DNA of 64,000 nucleotides from Escherichia phage vB_EcoM_G10400: the sequence record MK327937.1. One strand, 5' to 3'. The position numbers and the translations under genes were made by a program. The notes under the pieces are model-generated. The model saw only the letters and a list, made by a program, of their open reading frames with translations, searched no databases and was not told where the DNA came from. Shown here in pieces: positions 59,138 through 64,000 of this stretch (the stretch's first letter is position 1; every line of letters begins with the position of its first letter).

Positions 59138-59675
59138 TTACTATTTCCAAAAGTTTATTATTTTTAAGGTAATTAGCCTTTTCTAGGACTTCAGAAGCAT
59201 ATTTAGAACCTGCTTTAACATTCCATCCCGAATTATAAGAGGATATTGCTTTTCTTATATCGCCCTTATGTATATTTAACCAATAAGAAAGTTCAATGTA
59301 CGCCCAGGAAGCTGAATTGGACCGTTTATTCAACATTCTTTTTATTTCAGCATCGGTCATATTATAACCAAGTTCCTTAACTCTTGCTCGCATAGTAGGC
59401 AAATAATTTTGGAACATTCCGTAGGCGTGATGCTTTGCTTTAGATTTTAAATTAACTCCGCCAGAGCTTTCTTGCCATAAAATAGCAGCCATTATATGAC
59501 CCAATCCGCTCTTGTGGATATTTTTGTGTGTTTTATATTTTCCATCCTTAGAAAATTGTTCCCCGAATTGATACGCGTAACGCATGTTATCGAGTTGGAC
59601 ATTACTGAAAGTATGCTCGGAGCTATGTGCCATCATTGAAATGGCCAATAGACCAGCGAGTAGTGCTTTTCTCAT
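59130..59675 (-). CDS. secreted lytic transglycosylase (SLT domain)
   Basis: 181 aa; signal peptide; SLT motifs LWQESSGG, YGMFQ, SYNSGWN; GAGG RBS. Confidence 0.65.
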   Translation of the reverse strand: MRKALLAGLLAISMMAHSSEHTFSNVQLDNMRYAYQFGEQFSKDGKYKTHKNIHKSGLGHIMAAILWQESSGGVNLKSKAKHHAYGMFQNYLPTMRARVKELGYNMTDAEIKRMLNKRSNSASWAYIELSYWLNIHKGDIRKAISSYNSGWNVKAGSKYASEVLEKANYLKNNKLLEIVND

Positions 59676-59682
59676 GCTTACC

Positions 59683-60144
59683 TCATTGAGTTTTAATTAC
59701 TGCTTTAGAAGCCTTTCCTGGTAAACGACGACTGTTGATAATTGCCATCCTGCATTGAAGTGACGGGTCTTTGAACTTCTCATTAGGCTTACAAACAGTA
59801 AATCCAAGCCAAAGATTTCCATCTGTGATTTCTAAACGTCCAGGACGATATTCAACCCCATCAATAAAATCCTCGTCAATGTCAGGACGCGGAGGCATAC
59901 TCAGGAATTCATTAACTTCTAAAACATGGTCTTTTATTTTATGGAATAATTCAAAAACATATGTCTCATCAATCTCCCGTTGAATTGCACGATCAAGAAG
60001 ATGTTGAGAATATTTTAGATGAAACGATGAGACTCCTGCTGCTTTTGATGCCTCACGAATCTCATTGTTAATTTGACGAAACTCCGACTCAAAGTGACGA
60101 CGAAGCTTATTTCGACGGATAAAAACTTCTGTATTGATAGTCAT
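59683..60144 (-). CDS. regB: endoribonuclease RegB
   Basis: 153 aa; early promoter upstream; matches T4 RegB length. Confidence 0.85.
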   Translation of the reverse strand: MTINTEVFIRRNKLRRHFESEFRQINNEIREASKAAGVSSFHLKYSQHLLDRAIQREIDETYVFELFHKIKDHVLEVNEFLSMPPRPDIDEDFIDGVEYRPGRLEITDGNLWLGFTVCKPNEKFKDPSLQCRMAIINSRRLPGKASKAVIKTQ

Positions 60145-60171
60145 GTTGTTCTCCTCTTAACTGATAGAAAA

Positions 60172-60201
60172 ATTATACCACAGTCAAGAGGAAAAGTAAA
60201 C
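60172..60201 (-). promoter_or_regulatory. early promoter
   Basis: minus strand gtttacttttcctcttgactgtggtataat upstream of regB. Confidence 0.6.
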
Positions 60202-60203
60202 AG

Positions 60204-60524
60204 TTATTCTTTAAATCTAATCAATTTATTCATAGACTTTGAAACTTCTGCACGAACCTCATGTAAGTTTTTAAGCTGTTCAAGACGCTGCTCATAGTAA
60301 GCAATTTCATCTTCTTCGAGACAGTCCTGTGAATCTTCTTTAAGATAACGTGCATAGTCCTGAAAAGCTTTACGGACTACTTCCTGGAAGTCATCAAGAC
60401 TTTGAATTTTCTTAGGAGCGGCAGATACACGACGAGGTGCAGTATAATACTCATAACCAAACCCTGCACTTAATTGAGCCATTAGTATTTTTCCTCTGGT
60501 TGGAACACTGCACGACAAGCCCAC
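60204..60524 (-). CDS. hypothetical protein
   Basis: 106 aa ORF. Confidence 0.5.
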   Translation of the reverse strand: MGLSCSVPTRGKILMAQLSAGFGYEYYTAPRRVSAAPKKIQSLDDFQEVVRKAFQDYARYLKEDSQDCLEEDEIAYYEQRLEQLKNLHEVRAEVSKSMNKLIRFKE

Positions 60525-60748
60525 ATACTGGCTTCTTTGAGTTTCGTTTTAGCAATAGTTAACTGATCGAGGCTTTCAGCATAATTCTTCGCGAGTTCAT
60601 CGTCTTCACAGCTATCAAATGCTTCCCAAAATTCATCGTATAAAGCATCAAAGATAAGTCCTAAACGAACTTCAGCGTCTTTAATAGCATTTACTTTACC
60701 GATTTTTTCGTCGGTATGTGGCTTATAACCTTTAATATCTTCAATCAT
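60482..60748 (-). CDS. hypothetical protein
   Basis: 88 aa from ATG 60748 with GAGGAAG RBS (track start 60784 is TTG). Confidence 0.5.
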   Translation of the reverse strand: MIEDIKGYKPHTDEKIGKVNAIKDAEVRLGLIFDALYDEFWEAFDSCEDDELAKNYAESLDQLTIAKTKLKEASMWACRAVFQPEEKY

Positions 60749-60962
60749 ATTTGACTTCCTCACCAGTGCATAAATCATATTCAACTAAACGAATAGGTTC
60801 ATGAATGCCATATCCTTGAACAGAAATTTCTGTCGTAGGATAAATTCCATCAATATCACCCATATTCCAGGCTTCATTAAATTGCTGTTCGCCTGAATTA
60901 CTAAACCACTCGGCGAAAGCATTTAGCACATCTTTAGAACCTTCAATAATTATCTTTGCCAT
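60741..60962 (-). CDS. hypothetical protein
   Basis: 73 aa ORF. Confidence 0.5.
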   Translation of the reverse strand: MAKIIIEGSKDVLNAFAEWFSNSGEQQFNEAWNMGDIDGIYPTTEISVQGYGIHEPIRLVEYDLCTGEEVKYD

Positions 60963-61324
60963 TACAAACTCTCGGTGAAGGTACGAGCAATAACGTCGCG
61001 CTGCTGTTCCGGAGTCAGAGAGTTAAAGCGAACTGCATAACCAGATACACGGATGGTCAGCTGCGGATATTTTTCCGGATGCTTAACTGCATCTTCCAGA
61101 GTTTCACGACGCAGAACGTTAACGTTCAGGTGTTGACCACCTTCAATTTTAACTGTAGGCTGTTGCTCAATTTCAATTTCACGGGCATGCAAACCGTAGA
61201 AAATTTCTGGGTCTACAAAAGAGTCCTCTTTAAAGGTTTTAGAGACAATAATTCGTGCTTGAATACCATCTTCAAAATAAATAGTACCTTTATGTGTGCC
61301 TTCAAGAATTTGATATGCTTTCAT
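60962..61324 (-). CDS. autonomous glycyl radical cofactor (GrcA/YfiD-like spare-part protein)
   Basis: 120 aa; C-terminal ~70 aa [61 protein letters not shown] matches E. coli GrcA/PflB C-terminus as recalled. Confidence 0.85.
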   Translation of the reverse strand: MKAYQILEGTHKGTIYFEDGIQARIIVSKTFKEDSFVDPEIFYGLHAREIEIEQQPTVKIEGGQHLNVNVLRRETLEDAVKHPEKYPQLTIRVSGYAVRFNSLTPEQQRDVIARTFTESL

Positions 61325-61331
61325 ATAAACC

Positions 61332-61658
61332 TCAATTAGAAAATAAATTTATCCAAGATTGTTCTTTAATTAAAAATGGCTCAGAATCATATGCCATTAA
61401 ACTTTGGGTGATTAGTCCTTTAAAAGGTCCATCAATAAATTCCATGGTAAAATATGGAATTTTATTCATTAACTGTGCGTTAGGAGCAGTGCACAAAACT
61501 CTGCATCCTTTGAATACACCTTTTTGTAATTTGTATTGCTTGGGATAAAATTCGCTTAAAATGTTGTTATTTGCCAAAATTTCAAAATGATTTACCAATT
61601 TATTTTTAATAGTTTTTGGCGAAAAATAGAGATATTCGAAAAGCTGTGTGTCTGTCAT
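61332..61658 (-). CDS. hypothetical protein
   Basis: 108 aa from ATG 61658 (TAATG overlap with upstream ORF). Confidence 0.5.
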   Translation of the reverse strand: MTDTQLFEYLYFSPKTIKNKLVNHFEILANNNILSEFYPKQYKLQKGVFKGCRVLCTAPNAQLMNKIPYFTMEFIDGPFKGLITQSLMAYDSEPFLIKEQSWINLFSN

Positions 61659-62254
61659 TATTGCATTCCGATTACGAAAAACTGTGGACGAGTAATACCA
61701 CCAATGCAACATTTACTATTACAGCAGTAGTGTACAGTGTCAATATGGACGCTATAAATCTTATCCATATCAGGAGATTTGACAGGCTCATCAATTATAT
61801 ACAAAATTCGCGAAAGCGATAAACCTCTGAACTTGCTTCCTTTATTACCAATAAAACTGCGTACAGAATCAGTAAATAAACGAAAACGTATATCATCATT
61901 AGAATAACGCGAAAATTCCTTTTTAATGTTATTTGCAGAAATTTTAGCGTAAGCTGAAGTATTAGAAAGAACAATAACTGTTCCGCCATCATACAGCCAA
62001 TTAGCAGCAAAGTTAGTCACAGCAATTGATTTACCAGATTGACGTCCACCATCTATACGAAGTGTGCAGTACTGTTTAAGTAATTCTTCAAATGGCGGGA
62101 TATATTCGTTTTTACAAATTTCTTCTACTCTAGCATCAGAATGGTGTGTAAAAGCATTCATCAGGGATAGATACGGGCCAGTTAAAAATGTTCTCATATT
62201 TTCTCTCTTAATTTTTGGGCCATTCCATGGCACATGAGTTGTCCATTCCTGCAT
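61658..62254 (-). CDS. putative P-loop NTPase
   Basis: 198 aa; Walker A GGRQSGKS and Walker B-like ILYIIDEP; start uncertain. Confidence 0.5.
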   Translation of the reverse strand: MQEWTTHVPWNGPKIKRENMRTFLTGPYLSLMNAFTHHSDARVEEICKNEYIPPFEELLKQYCTLRIDGGRQSGKSIAVTNFAANWLYDGGTVIVLSNTSAYAKISANNIKKEFSRYSNDDIRFRLFTDSVRSFIGNKGSKFRGLSLSRILYIIDEPVKSPDMDKIYSVHIDTVHYCCNSKCCIGGITRPQFFVIGMQ

Positions 62255-62332
62255 TACCCATTACCGCGCTTTGGCTCGACCTTATCACAGGTTGGCGGGA
62301 ATACCTCAAATGAGGTCCAGGCTGTTCCCATA

Positions 62333-62806
62333 TTATTTGAACGATTTAACGTACTGAATAGAACCTTTACTATTTACAAAGGCAATTTTACCATTTTTAT
62401 TATACATGGTAGCAGTACGTTGATAACCATAAGTTTGTTTACCAGATTGATAACCAACTAATGCGAAATTATCTTCACCCATTTTATTCTGTTTAGCGCG
62501 AATGCGTTCATGACCATGTGCCATAAGAACCTTAGCATCACCAGTTGCAATGGATCTACGAGTTTTTTCATCTTCAACTGTATTAACAAAGTCGTCAAAT
62601 GAATCAAATTTAGCATGAGATTTATTATACAGTTTTCCATCTACTGTATAATTATATCCCTGTACATCCATCTCAACTTCTGTACCATCATCCAATACAG
62701 CAGTGATTTTTTGACCTTTTTTAAATTTCAAAAGATCAGTAAAAGATTCAGCAATAATTTGAGAATTAATAGCTGCTTCAGTGATAAATTCTTGATATGT
62801 TTTCAT
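62333..62806 (-). CDS. hypothetical protein
   Basis: 157 aa ORF. Confidence 0.55.
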   Translation of the reverse strand: MKTYQEFITEAAINSQIIAESFTDLLKFKKGQKITAVLDDGTEVEMDVQGYNYTVDGKLYNKSHAKFDSFDDFVNTVEDEKTRRSIATGDAKVLMAHGHERIRAKQNKMGEDNFALVGYQSGKQTYGYQRTATMYNKNGKIAFVNSKGSIQYVKSFK

Positions 62807-62815
62807 ATGTTTCCT

Positions 62816-63232
62816 TTAAATGTAAATATTTTTACCGTAATACTTATACCAATGTGGTTTCATTAAAATTTTTTCATCAAGTCGTTGTTGACTCAATTTA
62901 ATAGCTGATTTGCATGGATTATAATCATTTTTCCATTCTACTGGAATATCGCTGATGTCAGGAACTTCAGTATCTTTTATACTGAACCCTCGTTTTAAGC
63001 ATTCCGTTATAATGTCCGATTGACGCTTTCGCAAAAATTCTAACTTATCGTAAAAGAACGTAACATGACCAGAACCTAAAATAAACTCGGAAGATATTTT
63101 AAAATCTTTAACGCGCTTACCGTTTGCCACATGCTTACGAACTATACCAAAAACACGTGGCAATTCACGGTATTCTGCGATTAAATGTTGATCAGCAAGT
63201 TCAGATACTAAAGTCAAATTAATACGAGTCAT
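62816..63232 (-). CDS. denV: endonuclease V (pyrimidine dimer DNA glycosylase)
   Basis: 138 aa; N-terminal [17 protein letters not shown] and overall match to T4 DenV as recalled. Confidence 0.92.
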   Translation of the reverse strand: MTRINLTLVSELADQHLIAEYRELPRVFGIVRKHVANGKRVKDFKISSEFILGSGHVTFFYDKLEFLRKRQSDIITECLKRGFSIKDTEVPDISDIPVEWKNDYNPCKSAIKLSQQRLDEKILMKPHWYKYYGKNIYI

Positions 63233-63257
63233 TTTATCCCTCCAAGTAACTGTGAAT

Positions 63258-63287
63258 ATACTATCACAATTCTAGGAGAAAGTAAAC
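63258..63287 (-). promoter_or_regulatory. early promoter
   Basis: minus strand gtttac + 18 nt + tagtat upstream of denV. Confidence 0.5.
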
Positions 63288-63291
63288 AACT

Positions 63292-63822
<531 letters not shown>

Positions 63823-64000
63823 TTAAAAGAGGTTGTTCATTATTCGGTAAAGTGAAGGACCCATCACATATTGCCACTGAGTACGAGGAATAAGAGCAAA
63901 AGCGTCCATCTCTGGAATCATAACGCCATCTTTATTTTCAAAATAAGACTCGCAGCGGCAATTTCTAAACATCTCATGCTCTACTGGAATCATATAATAA
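63823..64000 (-). CDS. hypothetical protein, C-terminal fragment (CDS runs off window end)
   Basis: 58 C-terminal codons ending ...GPSLYRIMNNLF with stop at 63823-63825. Confidence 0.45.
   Translation of the reverse strand, partial: YYMIPVEHEMFRNCRCESYFENKDGVMIPEMDAFALIPRTQWQYVMGPSLYRIMNNLF

Noticed and set aside
62255-62332. GC-rich intergenic spacer considered as a possible tRNA or small RNA gene
   Set aside because: No T-loop (GTTCRANYC) or cloverleaf-compatible arms on either strand; kept only as a low-interest structured spacer
433-62866. About 60 plus-strand ORFs of 60-190 codons from the six-frame track (e.g. 433..627, 4197..4763, 30242..30658, 33479..33862, 60956..61339)
   Set aside because: Each lies antisense inside a well-supported minus-strand gene, lacks an RBS, and is the kind of shadow ORF expected in AT-rich DNA; only 16441..16641 is in an intergenic gap with a strong Shine-Dalgarno

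Overview
This window reads as the early/middle-gene arm of a T4-like (T-even, Tevenvirinae) coliphage, collinear with the T4 map from rIIA (window starts exactly at the rIIA stop codon) through lysozyme e. Almost every gene is on the minus strand, tightly packed with ATGA/TAATG stop-start overlaps, recurrent early promoters (GTTTAC, 18-bp spacer, TATAAT-like) and C(UUCG)G-tetraloop terminators. Confidently recognised products include rIIA, fused topoisomerase gp39, DexA, Dda, ModA/ModB, Soc, gp56, primase gp61, spackle, Dmd, helicase gp41, UvsX, gp42, Imm, DNA polymerase gp43, RegA, gp62/44/45, RpbA, gp46/47, alpha-gt, gp55, NrdH/NrdG/NrdD, gp49, NrdC, RI, Tk, RegB, a GrcA-like glycyl-radical protein, DenV and lysozyme e. 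Several proteins are near-identical to T4 sequences I recall (Dda, gp42, alpha-gt, NrdC, gp49), but the phage is not T4 itself: gene 39 is fused (no gene 60 bypass), nrdD has no intron, a 282-aa glycosyltransferase sits at the beta-gt locus, two paralogous homing-endonuclease-like genes are inserted, and denV abuts e with no internal-protein genes between. No single system stands out as clearly novel; the best candidates for second-look biology are a nucleotidyltransferase-fold plus AAA+ ATPase gene pair, three tandem coiled-coil-tailed paralogs, a macro-domain-like protein beside a secreted lytic transglycosylase, a 118-aa gene exactly flanked by 49-bp direct repeats, and a lone plus-strand membrane ORF between genes 56 and 61. 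Caveats: the ORF track uses GTG/TTG as well as ATG starts, so I moved several starts to the first ATG with a Shine-Dalgarno; all homology calls are from memory and motif reading, with no database search; promoter and terminator coordinates are approximate to a few nt.
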